A stretch of DNA of 64,000 nt from Sphingomicrobium sp. (GCA_035606455.1 DATNFJ010000011.1:2034-66033); one strand, 5' to 3'. Positions 17,204-27,626 are shown, counted from the first letter of the stretch. Notes: generated by a model from the letters alone, not told the origin. Numbers and translations: made by a program.

Positions 17204-18318
17204 TCTACCTCGACTATCAGGCGACCACCCCGGTCGCGCCCGAAGTGGCGAAGGCGATGCAACCGTGGATCGAGGAGAAATTCGCCAACCCGCACTCGCC
17301 GTCACGCTGGGGCAGTGAAGCCGAGGCCGCGATCGAGGTCGCGCGCAAGCGGGTCGACGCCGCCATCGGACTCAAGGGCGGCAGCGTCGCCTTCACCGGC
17401 AGTGCGACGGAGGCAATCAACTGGGCGCTCAAGGGCACCGTGGAGAAGGCACCAAAGGGCCGCAACCGAATCGTGACGGTGGCGACGGAGCATGCCGCCG
17501 TCCTCGACACATGCGAATGGCTTGCCGGCCGCGGCGCCGACCTCACCATTCTTCCGGTCCAGCCCGACGGCCGGCTCGACCTCGACCTGCTCGCCCGCGA
17601 GCTCGACGAGCGCGTGCTGCTGGTCGCGGTTATGCAGGTCAACAACGAGATCGGAGTCACCCAGCCAATCTCCGAGATCACCGGCATGGCGCATAACTGC
17701 GGCGCGCTGATGTTATGCGATGCGGTGCAGGCGTTCGGGCGGGTTGAGCTGTGCAAGGGTCCCGACCTGGTCGCGGTCTCGGCGCACAAGATCTACGGCC
17801 CCAAAGCCATTGGCGCGCTGTGGATGCGCAAAGGGGCGGAGCCGGCGCCGTTCATCCACGGCGGCGGGCAGGAGCGGGGGCTGCGCTCCGGCACCCTCTC
17901 GCCGGCGCTGTGCGTCGGCTTCGGCGCAGCGGCGAAGCTCGCGGAGGAACGCCAGCACCGCGACTATGACCATGTCCAGAAGCTGTGGAGCGCCGCCATC
18001 CGCGCGCTCGGCAAGGGCTGGACGATCAACGGGAGCACCGCCCATCGCTACCCGGGCAATCTCAACATCCGCCGAGAAGGCCTTGATGGTGCGCGACTAA
18101 TCGCCGATTTGCGCGATATCGCTTTCTCCCTCGGCTCGGCCTGCGCGAGCGGTTCGGGGCGGCCCAGCCACGTCCTGAGGGCGCTCGGCCTGGATTACCG
18201 CCAGTCGCGGTCGTCGATCCGGCTCGGCTTCGGCCGCTACACGAAGCAGAAGGAACTGGTCGAGGCCTGCCACCGGATCGCCGCCCACGCGCATGCGCAG
18301 GAGAAGCTCGACGCATGA
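17200..18318 (+). CDS. iscS: Cysteine desulfurase (IscS-like) 2
   Basis: YLDYQATTP, NNEIG, SAHKIYGPK, RSGTL, GSACASG. Confidence 0.9.
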   Translation: MIYLDYQATTPVAPEVAKAMQPWIEEKFANPHSPSRWGSEAEAAIEVARKRVDAAIGLKGGSVAFTGSATEAINWALKGTVEKAPKGRNRIVTVATEHAAVLDTCEWLAGRGADLTILPVQPDGRLDLDLLARELDERVLLVAVMQVNNEIGVTQPISEITGMAHNCGALMLCDAVQAFGRVELCKGPDLVAVSAHKIYGPKAIGALWMRKGAEPAPFIHGGGQERGLRSGTLSPALCVGFGAAAKLAEERQHRDYDHVQKLWSAAIRALGKGWTINGSTAHRYPGNLNIRREGLDGARLIADLRDIAFSLGSACASGSGRPSHVLRALGLDYRQSRSSIRLGFGRYTKQKELVEACHRIAAHAHAQEKLDA

Positions 18319-19967
18319 CGGCTGTTTCGGCGGTCGCATCAAGGCGGAATTCAACCGGTACGCGTCTTGGCGATACCGCTGTGCTCTCGGCCATCACGAT
18401 CCTCTCCGTCGTGCCCTACATCGGACGCCTCGGTTTTTACGCCGACGACTGGTCGATCCTTCAGAGCTTTTCGGATCGTCCGCAGGATTCGCTTTTGAAG
18501 CTGGCGAGCCAGGGGTTCGCCGGACGACCCGTTCAGGCGCTCTATTCAGCGACCCTTTTCAGGCTCTTCGGACTGACGCCGCTCGGCTACCATCTGGTGA
18601 ACGCGGCAGTGCTCGCGGCTTGTGCGGTGCTGTTCTATCTTCTCCTGGTGCGGCTGCGGCTCGGGCGTGCGCAATCTTTCGCCACCGCGATCCTGTTCAT
18701 CATGCTCCCCCAGCTGTCGACGGTGCGCGTGTGGTATGCGTCTTTCCAGGTGATGCTGAGCATGGGGTTCATGCTCATTTCCTTGCATTGCCAGCTGTCG
18801 TCCGCGCGGCGGGGCCGTTTCGGATCGCTCGCCGCCGCTATTGCAGCGGCCCTCGTAAGCGTTGGCGCCTATGAAATATTCGCTCCGCTCATCGCCGGCT
18901 TTGCGGCCGCGCTCATCTTTCTCCGGTGGCGAGAATCCGGGCAAGACGGAAAATGGCGCATCGCCGCGGCCGCCACGGCCGTGGTTGCTCTTGTGCTCCT
19001 CGCCTTCGCCTACAAGTACATAGCGAGCGGCCGGGCCGGGTCGGTCGGCGACCCGAGGCGTTACCTGCTCGGCCTGCGTCAGCTGGTCCGGCTTGATTAC
19101 GACTGGCGAACCGACTCCGGCCTGAACATTCTCGCCACTCCGCGAGCCCACTTCGTGGAGCCGATCCTCGGCTGGTGGAAGGCCGCGAAAATGCTCGTCA
19201 GCGGCCAAGCAGGGATTGCGGTCAGCGCCGTCGCCGTGATCACCGCAGCGCTCGTGCTGTGGCAGCTCGCAGGAAGCGAGCAGCGGCATGGATCCAGGTC
19301 CCTTCTATTCCTCGGCATTGCGGCCTTCGTGCTCGGCAATGCGACCTTCCTGATCGTCCCGGCAGTCGCCTTCACCTCGACCGGCATGGACAACAGGGTT
19401 CAAGTCGCCGCGGCAATCGGAGTGGCGATGATCTTCGTCTGGATCATCGGCGTTGCGGTGGAGGCGGCGCCGATCGAGCGGAAAGCTGCGGCCTTTGCCG
19501 GGGTGGTTGCGCTCATCAGCGCGCTGTCCGTGACGCGCATCGAGCAGATCGAACGTTACTGGGCCGAAGCACCCGCGCTGCAGCAGCAGGTGCTGCGTGC
19601 AGCTCGCGCCGATCTTCGGCAGCTCCCGGCGAACTCGACGGTGATCCTGGACGGCGTCTGCCCCTATCATGGGCCCGCAGTCGTGTTCGAGACGTCGTGG
19701 GACATCGGCGGCGCGCTCAGCCTCGCGCTAGGCCGCCCGATCAGCGCCGACGCAGTGAGCCCAAGGATGTCCGCTACCCGAACGGGCCTCTCGACTTCGA
19801 TCTACAAGCAGCCGAGCTTCTACGCTTACGGTCCGGACCTTTACGCTTACAATCCGGTGAAACACTTGGTCGTCCGCCTCGACAGCGCCGGCGCCGCAGC
19901 GGCTTATTTCGGCAATCGCCGCGAACGCGCATGCCCGGGCTATGTGGCCCGAGGAGCGGAAGTCTGA
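18315..19967 (+). CDS. Polytopic membrane protein, GT-C glycosyltransferase-like
   Basis: Many TM helices; FYADDW after first TM, GRPV, LFGLTPLGYHLVN; soluble C-terminal domain. Confidence 0.65.
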   Translation: MTAVSAVASRRNSTGTRLGDTAVLSAITILSVVPYIGRLGFYADDWSILQSFSDRPQDSLLKLASQGFAGRPVQALYSATLFRLFGLTPLGYHLVNAAVLAACAVLFYLLLVRLRLGRAQSFATAILFIMLPQLSTVRVWYASFQVMLSMGFMLISLHCQLSSARRGRFGSLAAAIAAALVSVGAYEIFAPLIAGFAAALIFLRWRESGQDGKWRIAAAATAVVALVLLAFAYKYIASGRAGSVGDPRRYLLGLRQLVRLDYDWRTDSGLNILATPRAHFVEPILGWWKAAKMLVSGQAGIAVSAVAVITAALVLWQLAGSEQRHGSRSLLFLGIAAFVLGNATFLIVPAVAFTSTGMDNRVQVAAAIGVAMIFVWIIGVAVEAAPIERKAAAFAGVVALISALSVTRIEQIERYWAEAPALQQQVLRAARADLRQLPANSTVILDGVCPYHGPAVVFETSWDIGGALSLALGRPISADAVSPRMSATRTGLSTSIYKQPSFYAYGPDLYAYNPVKHLVVRLDSAGAAAAYFGNRRERACPGYVARGAEV

Positions 19968-20302
19968 TGGTGCGGGTCCGGTTTCTGCGGCCCGACGGCA
20001 CGCTCGACAAGGAAGTGGAGGCTGAACCCGGCCAGCGGCTGCTCGACGTCGCCTGGGCGGCGCGCGAACCGCTCGAGGGTGCGTGCGAGGGCGTCATGGC
20101 CTGCTCGACCTGCCACGTCATCGTCGACGCTGAGGATTTCGAGAAGCTGCCGCCTGCGAGCGAGGAGGAAGAGGACCTGCTCGACCTCGCCGCTTACGCC
20201 ACCCGGACGTCGCGCCTCGCGTGCCAGATCATCCTGGGCGAGGACATGGAGGTCCTGACGGTGCGGGTTCCGCCGGGAGCGAAGAACTGGATGGGCCGCT
20301 AG
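19967..20302 (+). CDS. fdx: 2Fe-2S ferredoxin (adrenodoxin type)
   Basis: GACEGVMACSTCHV, SRLACQI; TGATG overlap. Confidence 0.95.
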   Translation: MVRVRFLRPDGTLDKEVEAEPGQRLLDVAWAAREPLEGACEGVMACSTCHVIVDAEDFEKLPPASEEEEDLLDLAAYATRTSRLACQIILGEDMEVLTVRVPPGAKNWMGR

Positions 20303-21042
20303 GGACCGCCCGGAAGCGGATCGCCGATACGCGTGTCGGGCGCATCCTCGTCGATCTTGCGCCGACGCGCCTTGGGGTCCGGCGCGTGCGGCATGGCCTC
20401 GAGCTGCGCGAGCCCGATCCTGCCGGCATGCGGCTTGTCGAGAAGAGCGAAGCGGGCGAGCGCCGCCGCCTTGAATTCCTCTAGCGAAATCAGGCGGTTG
20501 AAATCCGTATCGGCGGCAGCGACCGGTTCGGGCATGTTAAGCAGCGAATAGCGCGCCGCGCCCTGGAGCGTGCCGCCGAAGCCGAGGCTCGCATAGTCTT
20601 CCTCGCGCAGCGTGCGCCGCCGATCTCGATCGTGCCGCTCGTCACGATAGGCATCGAGATCGTCGGGGTCGCGCTGCGTAGCCTGGTGGGCGGGTTGGCC
20701 GGGCACGCGCTGCGTCCTCGACATCACCTGGATCTCGGGCGCGACTTCATATTCGTACTGCGCGAGCTCCTCGGGATCGATCTGGCCGTCATGGTTGGTG
20801 TCGAGCTTGGCAAAGAAGCGCACCGCGTCGGCTTCCATCTCGGCCGCGGTCAGAACGCCGTCATGGTTGAGGTCGGCCTGCCTGAACCAGTCGGCGAGCG
20901 TGTCGTCGGTCGGCGAATGGGCCCGGAACGGCTCGCCCATCGGGCTGATGAACGGCGCCCACTGGTGACCCGTCACGGTGATCGGGGTCGACGGCGACAC
21001 TTGCGCGAGCGCGGCGAGCAGAATCAGCGGCACGGCCATCAT
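20299..21042 (-). CDS. Secreted EF-hand domain protein
   Basis: DLNHDGVLT, DTNHDGQID, DTDFNRLIS loops; signal peptide. Confidence 0.85.
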   Translation of the reverse strand: MMAVPLILLAALAQVSPSTPITVTGHQWAPFISPMGEPFRAHSPTDDTLADWFRQADLNHDGVLTAAEMEADAVRFFAKLDTNHDGQIDPEELAQYEYEVAPEIQVMSRTQRVPGQPAHQATQRDPDDLDAYRDERHDRDRRRTLREEDYASLGFGGTLQGAARYSLLNMPEPVAAADTDFNRLISLEEFKAAALARFALLDKPHAGRIGLAQLEAMPHAPDPKARRRKIDEDAPDTRIGDPLPGGP

Positions 21043-21125
21043 CGGCAGACCTCCTCCGCTCCGCGTGAACCGTCAATGAAGAAGCGAACTTGCGCGCGAA
21101 GGATCGTTCCACCATATCGCTGCGC

Positions 21126-21211
21126 GGAAGTCGGCGGACGGCGCTGTCGCCAACCTGGTCAGGCCCGGAAGGGAGCAGCCACAACGATTTCGCGCCGGGT
21201 CGTCGGCTTCC
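21126..21211 (+). ncRNA. ffs: Signal recognition particle (4.5S) RNA
   Basis: Conserved GGTCAGGCCCGGAAGGGAGCAGCC domain IV; terminal GGAAGTCGGCG/CGTCGGCTTCC stem; T tract after; near dnaX. Confidence 0.95.
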
Positions 21212-21270
21212 ACCTTTTTCTGCTTCCAGACTTGCCGAACCCCTGTCACAGCGAGACGCGGGGGTAAGCG

Positions 21271-21900
21271 ATGACCGAATTCGAGTTTCTGTTCTCGGTC
21301 TTCGGCTTGCTGATCGGGCTGACCTTCATCGAAATAGCGATCAAGTTCGCGGACGCGATCGATGCGCATTCGCGGCGGCCGATCGGATTGCTGACCCCGC
21401 TGCTTGCCCTGTTCGTGATGGTCGATGTCGCGGGCTACTGGCTGTTCAGCTGGTCGATCCGCAGTCTTCTTCACGTCCGGTGGCGAACCGTCTTCGTCGG
21501 GCTGACGGTGGCGTTGATCTATTATCTTTCAGCCTCGATGATCTTTCCGCGCAGCGAAGGCGCATGGAAGAATCTCGACGACCATTATTGGGCGCGCAAG
21601 CGGCTGGTGATCGGCGGGATCCTGCTCGTCGAAGGCGCGACCATGGCGTGGCAGTTCACTCGCGCGGTTCCGGCCTTGGATGATTATTGGTTCTGGTTTT
21701 ATCAACTGCCCTATTTTCTGCCGATGGCGGCGCTGCTGGTCACGCGCTCGCGCCGCGTCGACCTCGCGCTGTTCGTCATTCTAATCGGTGTGCAGTTGTT
21801 CTCCGATTTCGATCTCGGGCCGAGCTCGAGATGGGGCGCCAAGGTCGGGATCAGCCTGGGCTATGAGGCTTCGACAAGCACGCCGGCGACACCTAAATAA
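21271..21900 (+). CDS. Hypothetical multi-TM membrane protein
   Basis: MTEFEFLFSVFGLLIGL; about 6 hydrophobic helices. Confidence 0.75.
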   Translation: MTEFEFLFSVFGLLIGLTFIEIAIKFADAIDAHSRRPIGLLTPLLALFVMVDVAGYWLFSWSIRSLLHVRWRTVFVGLTVALIYYLSASMIFPRSEGAWKNLDDHYWARKRLVIGGILLVEGATMAWQFTRAVPALDDYWFWFYQLPYFLPMAALLVTRSRRVDLALFVILIGVQLFSDFDLGPSSRWGAKVGISLGYEASTSTPATPK

Positions 21901-21907
21901 GGACGCG

Positions 21908-23563
21908 ATGCCAGATTCTCCCGACCTCATCGACCCAGCTGAGGAGCCCGCCCTGGGTCTAAACTTGCCCGAAGCTACTGTCCCCGCGGCGTCCGGCAGT
22001 CCCTACCGCGTGCTTGCGCGCAAGTATCGCCCGCAGACCTTCGCCGAACTGATCGGCCAGGACGCGATGGTGAAGACGCTTGCCAATGCGATCGAGCGCG
22101 GGCGGATCGCCCATGCGTTCCTGCTCACAGGCGTGCGCGGGGTCGGCAAGACCTCGACCGCTCGCCTCATCGCCAAGGCCTTGAATTGCATCGGACCCGA
22201 CGGGCAGGGCGGTCCCACGATCACGCCGTGCAACGTGTGCGAGCCGTGCCGGGCGATCGCTGAAGGGCGACACATCGACGTGATCGAGATGGACGCGGCC
22301 TCGCACACCGGCATCGACGACATCCGCGAAATCATCGACGCGGTCCGCTACGCTTCGGTCAGCGCCCGCTACAAAATTTACATCATCGACGAAGTCCACA
22401 TGCTTTCCAAGCAGGCTTTCAACGGCTTGCTGAAGACTCTTGAGGAACCGCCTGAGCATGTGAAGTTCTTCCTCGCGACCACCGAAGTCGACAAGGTCCC
22501 GGTCACGGTCCTGTCGCGATGTCAGCGGTTCGACCTCAGGCGAATCCCGGCGGAGAAGCTGGCCGACCATTTCGCGGAAGTGGCGAAAGCCGAGGGAGTC
22601 GAGGTCGAGGCGGACGCTTTGGCGATGATCGCGAGCGCCGCCGAAGGCTCGGCCCGCGACGGACTTTCGATCCTCGACCAGGCGATCGCTCACGGCGCCG
22701 GGGCCGTCACCGCCGACCAGGTCCGCGACATGCTCGGCCTCGCCGACCGCGGCCGAATCCGGCGGCTTCTCGAAGTCGTGCTTTCCGGCGATTCCGCCAC
22801 GGCCCTGGCGGAGCTCGACGAGGCGCATCGTCTCGGGATCGACCCGACGCAGCTGCTCCGGGGACTCATGGAGAGCCTTCATATGGCGACGCGGGCCAAG
22901 GCCGGCGCGGGCGGCGGTGCGCTCCAGTCGAGCGAGGAGCGGGAAAGCGCCGAGACGCTCGCCCAGGCGCTATCGTGGGGAATGATTCATCGGCTGTGGC
23001 AAATGCTGCTGAAGGGCCTCCAGGACGTCGGCGTGGCTCCGGATCCGCGCGAGGCCGCCGAAATGGCGTTGCTTCGGCTCATCCACGCCGCCGACATGCC
23101 CGATCCCGCATCGCTGATGGCGAAGCTCACGGGTGAGGGGGGCGGAGCAACGACGGCCGCCGCGCCTGCAGCTTCGAAGTCGGGAGCGCCCTCGGCGCGG
23201 CTCCCGGCTGATTTTCGCGGGCTGATCGAGTTCCTGGAAGGCGAGGGCAAACACCAGCTCGCCGTCCAGCTCCACGACCAGGTCGGCGTCGTGCGCTACG
23301 CCCCGCCCGAGCTGGTCCTGAAACCGGCGCGGCCCCTCGGCGGCGACTGGCCGCGCGAGCTGGCCGGCATCCTGAAATCGCTGACGGGCACTTCATGGCA
23401 GGTGTCGCTGTCGGATGAGGCCGCCGAGCCGTCGTTGCTCGATCAGGAGAAAATGGCCGAGGAGCGCGTTCGCTCCGACGTGCTTGCCGACCCGAATGTC
23501 CGCGCCGTCATGGAAGCGTTCCCCGACGCCGAGCTCGAATCCTTTTCAACGAGAGGCAGCTGA
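21908..23563 (+). CDS. dnaX: DNA polymerase III gamma/tau
   Basis: YRVLARKYRP, GVRGVGKT, IIDEVHMLS, SRCQRF. Confidence 0.98.
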   Translation: MPDSPDLIDPAEEPALGLNLPEATVPAASGSPYRVLARKYRPQTFAELIGQDAMVKTLANAIERGRIAHAFLLTGVRGVGKTSTARLIAKALNCIGPDGQGGPTITPCNVCEPCRAIAEGRHIDVIEMDAASHTGIDDIREIIDAVRYASVSARYKIYIIDEVHMLSKQAFNGLLKTLEEPPEHVKFFLATTEVDKVPVTVLSRCQRFDLRRIPAEKLADHFAEVAKAEGVEVEADALAMIASAAEGSARDGLSILDQAIAHGAGAVTADQVRDMLGLADRGRIRRLLEVVLSGDSATALAELDEAHRLGIDPTQLLRGLMESLHMATRAKAGAGGGALQSSEERESAETLAQALSWGMIHRLWQMLLKGLQDVGVAPDPREAAEMALLRLIHAADMPDPASLMAKLTGEGGGATTAAAPAASKSGAPSARLPADFRGLIEFLEGEGKHQLAVQLHDQVGVVRYAPPELVLKPARPLGGDWPRELAGILKSLTGTSWQVSLSDEAAEPSLLDQEKMAEERVRSDVLADPNVRAVMEAFPDAELESFSTRGS

Positions 23564-23564
23564 C

Positions 23565-23897
23565 ATGCCCGAGATGCCGGATTTCGACGAAATCATGAAA
23601 ATGGCGCAGAACGCGCAGAACGAGCTCCAGAAGGCGCAAGATAATCTCGACAAGATCGAGGTCGAGGGCGCGGCCGGCGGCGGAATGGTGAGGATCCGCG
23701 CAACTGCCAAGGGACGGATTCTCGCAGTCGACCTCGACGAGAGCCTGCTCCAGCCGTCGGAGAAGACGATGGTCGAGGATTTAATCGCCGCCGCGATCAA
23801 CGACGCGCGCGCCAAGGCCGACGCGGCTGCGGCGCAGGAAATGCAGAAGATGCAGACCACACTGCCGCTTCCGCCGGGGTTCAAGCTGCCCTTCTAG
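23565..23897 (+). CDS. ybaB: YbaB/EbfC nucleoid-associated protein
   Basis: EVEGAAGGGMV, EDLIAAAINDA; directly after dnaX. Confidence 0.95.
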   Translation: MPEMPDFDEIMKMAQNAQNELQKAQDNLDKIEVEGAAGGGMVRIRATAKGRILAVDLDESLLQPSEKTMVEDLIAAAINDARAKADAAAAQEMQKMQTTLPLPPGFKLPF

Positions 23898-23948
23898 AGA
23901 CTGCAGTCGATTTGCGGCATGATGCGTCTGTCGTTGGGGGAGGCGCTG

Positions 23949-25272
23949 GTGGGTGGACTCGGCGCAATGCAGGACTGGCCGCTGCGGGTTACTCGGCTGA
24001 TCGACCATGCCGAGCGCGAGCATGGAAGCGCAGAAATCGTCAGCCGCTGGGCAGGCGGACAGGTGGCGCGAACCGATTGGAGCGGGATCGCAGCCACCGC
24101 GCGCCGCGTCGCCCGAGCGCTCCAGCGGCTCGGTATCCAGTCTTCGGATCGCGTGGGAACGCTGGCGATGAACCACGCTCACCATCTCGCCTGCTGGTAC
24201 GGCGTTCCGGGTATGGGCGGCATTCTGCACACGCTGAACCCGCGGTTGTTCGACGACCAGCTGATCTTCATCGGCAACGACGCCGAAGATCGGGTGCTGC
24301 TCTATGACCGACAGTTCGCCCCGCTGGTCGAACGGCTGAAACCAGACTGGCCGACCATCGAGCATTACATCTGCTTCGACGATGAGTTCGCCCACTGGAC
24401 GGCGAGCGAAAGCGACGATTTCGAATGGGTCACCGGCGACGAGCGCGAGCTGTGCAACCTCAGCTATACGTCGGGCACCACGGGCAAACCCAAGGGTGTC
24501 GCCTACGAGCATCGGTCGAACGTCCTTCACGCAATGACCCAGGCCGCGCCGGACATGTTCGCGCTGTCGGCGCGATCGGCCGTGTTCCCGATTGTGCCGC
24601 TATTCCACGCCAATGGATGGGCGCTTCCCTGGTCGGCTGCGCTGGTCGGCTGCAAGCTGGTTTTCGCTGCTTCCTACGAGCCGGACGAGGTCTGCGAGTC
24701 CTTCCGGGCCGAGGGGGTCACCCATTCCGCGGGCGTTCCGACCGTGTGGCTCGGCATGATCGAGCATGTCGAGCGCACCGGCGCCGCATTTGGACCGCTC
24801 GAACGGATCCTCGTCGGCGGGTCGGCCGCTCCGCGCGCGACCGGCCGATAACGAGCAGTGGTTCGATACCGGCGACGTCGGGATCATTCACCCCGATGGG
24901 ACGCTCCAGATCACCGACCGGGCCAAGGACGTGATCAAGTCGGGCGGGGAGTGGATCAGCTCGATCGAGCTCGAGAATGCCGCGGTTGGCTGCCCAGGCG
25001 TTGCCGAAGCCGCTGCAATCGGGATCCCGCACCCGAAATGGGACGAGCGGCCGCTGCTGCTTGTTGTGCGCTCGACCGGCAGCGGCGTGTGCGAGAGCGA
25101 CATCCGCACGCATCTAGCCGACCGTATCGCCAAATGGTGGCTTCCGGACGCGATCGAGTTCGTCGAAGCGCTCCCGCACACCGCCACGGGCAAGCTCAGC
25201 AAGAAAGATTTGCGCGACGAGTATCGCGACTACCGGTTCGCCGGAGCGGAGGCGATGGTCGGCCGCGACTAG
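23949..25272 (+). pseudogene. Long-chain fatty-acid-CoA ligase with internal deletion and frameshift near 24845
   Basis: 5' part (YTSGTTGKPKG, VPLFHANGW) stops after GGSAAPRA; 3' part resumes in another frame at [22 protein letters not shown]; the GMTE region is missing. Confidence 0.85.
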
Positions 25273-25338
25273 AAAAAGCGGCCGCGCTCCACTAACTGGC
25301 GGCGCAACTCCCCAATTCCGAAGGACACGAGCGCCATA

Positions 25339-27009
25339 ATGGCCGCCCAGTACAGCTATGTGATGAAGGGCCTTTCGAAGGCCTTCCCGGGCCAGAAGCC
25401 CATCCTCAACAACATCCACCTGCAATTCTACCGCGACGCCAAGATCGGCATCGTCGGGCCGAACGGCTCGGGCAAGTCGACCCTGATGAAAATCATGGCC
25501 GGCCGCGACAAGGAATTCACCGGCGAGGCCTGGGCCGGCGAGAATATCCGGGTCGGCTATCTCGAGCAGGAACCGCAGCTCGATCCGACGAAGACCGTCC
25601 GCGAGAACGTCATGGAGGGGGTGCGCCCGGTCGCCGACATGCTGGACCGTTTCAACGCCATCTCCGCGCAAATGGCCGATCCCGGCGACGATTTCGACGC
25701 GCTGATGGCCGAAATGGGCGAGCTCCAGGAGAAGATCGACGCGGTCGACGGATGGACCCTCGACAACCAGCTCGAGATCGCGATGGACGCGCTTCGGTGC
25801 CCGCCGGGCGACAGTGCTGTCGCCAATCTCTCGGGCGGCGAGAAGCGGCGGGTCGCGCTTACCCGCCTGCTGCTCGAAAAACCGGACATCCTGCTGCTCG
25901 ATGAACCGACCAACCATCTCGACGCGGAAAGCGTGCAGTGGCTGGAGAGGCACCTGATCGATTATCCGGGCAACGTCATCCTCGTCACCCACGACCGCTA
26001 TTTCCTCGACAATGTCGTGAACTGGATCCTCGAGCTCGATCGCGGCCGTTATTACGTCTACGAAGGAAATTACTCCACCTACCTGGAAAAGAAGGCGAAA
26101 CGCCTCGAGCAGGAGGAGCGCGAAGAGGCCGGGCGGCAGAAGGCGATCGCCGACGAGCTCGAGTGGATCCGCCGTTCGCCCAAGGCGCGGCAGGCCAAGT
26201 CCAAGGCGCGCATCAAGGCCTTCGACCAGCTCGTCGATGCCCAGGAGAACCGCACGCCCACCAAGGGCGAAATCCTGATCCAGGTGCCCGAGCGCCTGGG
26301 CGGCAAGGTGATCGAGGCCAAGGGGCTCAGCAAATCCTACGGTGACAAGCTGCTGTTCGACGATTTGAGCTTCAGCCTTCCGCCGGGCGGGATTGTCGGA
26401 GTCATCGGTCCCAACGGCGCCGGCAAGACGACGCTGTTCAAACTGATCACCGGTCAGGACAAGCCCGACGCGGGGCAGATCGACATCGGGCCGACGGTGC
26501 ACCTCGGCTATGTCGATCAGAGCCGCGATGCGCTCGATCCGAAGAAGAACGTGTGGGAGGAAATCTCCGACGGGCTCGACATTTTCAAGGTCGGCAAGCA
26601 CGAGTTCGGTACCCGCGCCTATGTCGGCGCCTTCAATTTCCGCGGTCCCGACCAGCAGAAGAAGGTCGGCCAGCTCTCCGGCGGCGAGCGCAACCGGGTC
26701 CATCTCGCCAAGATGCTGAAGGAAGGCGGCAACGTCCTGCTGCTCGACGAGCCGACCAACGATCTCGACGTCGAAACCCTGCGCGCGCTCGAGGATGCTC
26801 TGGAGAATTTCGCGGGCTGCGCCGTGGTCATCAGCCACGACCGCTTCTTCCTCGACCGCCTCGCGACCCACATCCTGGCGTTCGAGGGGGACAGCCAGGT
26901 CGTGTGGTTCGAAGGCAATTTCGAAGCCTATGAGGAGGACAAGGTGCGGCGCCTGGGCGAAGAGGCCACGCGGCCGCATCGGATGACGTATCGGAAGCTG
27001 ACGCGGTAG
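25339..27009 (+). CDS. ettA: Energy-dependent translational throttle ABC-F protein
   Basis: Two ABC domains (GPNGSGKST, GPNGAGKTT), ELEWIRRSPKARQAKSKAR linker, YRKLTR end. Confidence 0.97.
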   Translation: MAAQYSYVMKGLSKAFPGQKPILNNIHLQFYRDAKIGIVGPNGSGKSTLMKIMAGRDKEFTGEAWAGENIRVGYLEQEPQLDPTKTVRENVMEGVRPVADMLDRFNAISAQMADPGDDFDALMAEMGELQEKIDAVDGWTLDNQLEIAMDALRCPPGDSAVANLSGGEKRRVALTRLLLEKPDILLLDEPTNHLDAESVQWLERHLIDYPGNVILVTHDRYFLDNVVNWILELDRGRYYVYEGNYSTYLEKKAKRLEQEEREEAGRQKAIADELEWIRRSPKARQAKSKARIKAFDQLVDAQENRTPTKGEILIQVPERLGGKVIEAKGLSKSYGDKLLFDDLSFSLPPGGIVGVIGPNGAGKTTLFKLITGQDKPDAGQIDIGPTVHLGYVDQSRDALDPKKNVWEEISDGLDIFKVGKHEFGTRAYVGAFNFRGPDQQKKVGQLSGGERNRVHLAKMLKEGGNVLLLDEPTNDLDVETLRALEDALENFAGCAVVISHDRFFLDRLATHILAFEGDSQVVWFEGNFEAYEEDKVRRLGEEATRPHRMTYRKLTR

Positions 27010-27018
27010 CTGTACCAG

Positions 27019-27306
27019 ATGATCATCGTCTCCGCTCCGCTGTCGCTGTGGACCGGAGAGGGCGGGAGCTGGCATTTCATCACGGTTCCGGAGGAGCAAT
27101 CGGACGAGATCCGCGCGCACTGCCTGGCGAGCATGCGCGGGTTCAAATCGGCTCGGGTCGAGGCGCGGATCGGCGACGTCAGCTGGCGCACTTCGGTCTT
27201 CCCGATGAAGAGCGGCGGCTATTTCCTGCCCGTGAAGAAAGAGGTCCGCTGCAGCGCGGGATTCGCCGCGGGCGACGAAGTCACGGTCCAGCTCGAACTA
27301 CTCTGA
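27019..27306 (+). CDS. DUF1905-like protein
   Basis: WHFITVP...WRTSVFP...YFLPVKKEVR. Confidence 0.8.
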   Translation: MIIVSAPLSLWTGEGGSWHFITVPEEQSDEIRAHCLASMRGFKSARVEARIGDVSWRTSVFPMKSGGYFLPVKKEVRCSAGFAAGDEVTVQLELL

Positions 27307-27561
27307 GCCGCTGCCTCCGGCCGACTTGTCCGCCGGGTGACGCGCCGGATAGCGCTGCTGGTGATCGATGTCGTCCTGCTTGTCGACGCCTTCATGCGCT
27401 TCGGGGTCGCGGACGCGCTCGAGCTCGGCCTGGGTGGCGATGTCTTCCTGCAGGTTGCCACCTGAGCTTCCGCCCTGGCTCGGCTCGAATTCGGCGGCGT
27501 CGCGGTCGATGATGTCGCTGTCGTCGGTGTCGCGCGCGGTTTCGGTGCGGCGGTTTTCCAT
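27298..27561 (-). CDS. Small acidic hydrophilic protein, probably stress-induced
   Basis: AAGGAGAG RBS; PSQGGSSGGNLQEDIATQAEL; EcfG-type promoter upstream. Confidence 0.75.
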   Translation of the reverse strand: MENRRTETARDTDDSDIIDRDAAEFEPSQGGSSGGNLQEDIATQAELERVRDPEAHEGVDKQDDIDHQQRYPARHPADKSAGGSGSE

Positions 27562-27583
27562 ATCGCTCTCCTTCGCTCGAGCG

Positions 27584-27608
27584 AACGGGCGGCGCCGTCG
27601 GACGTTCC
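27584..27608 (-). promoter_or_regulatory. EcfG (general stress) type promoter
   Basis: GGAAC-N16-CGTT on - strand. Confidence 0.8.
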
Positions 27609-27626
27609 CGGCCGCACATTCGTAAC

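Noticed and set aside
16127-18318. Tandem cysteine desulfurases as a novelty
   Set aside because: Common arrangement in alphaproteobacteria.
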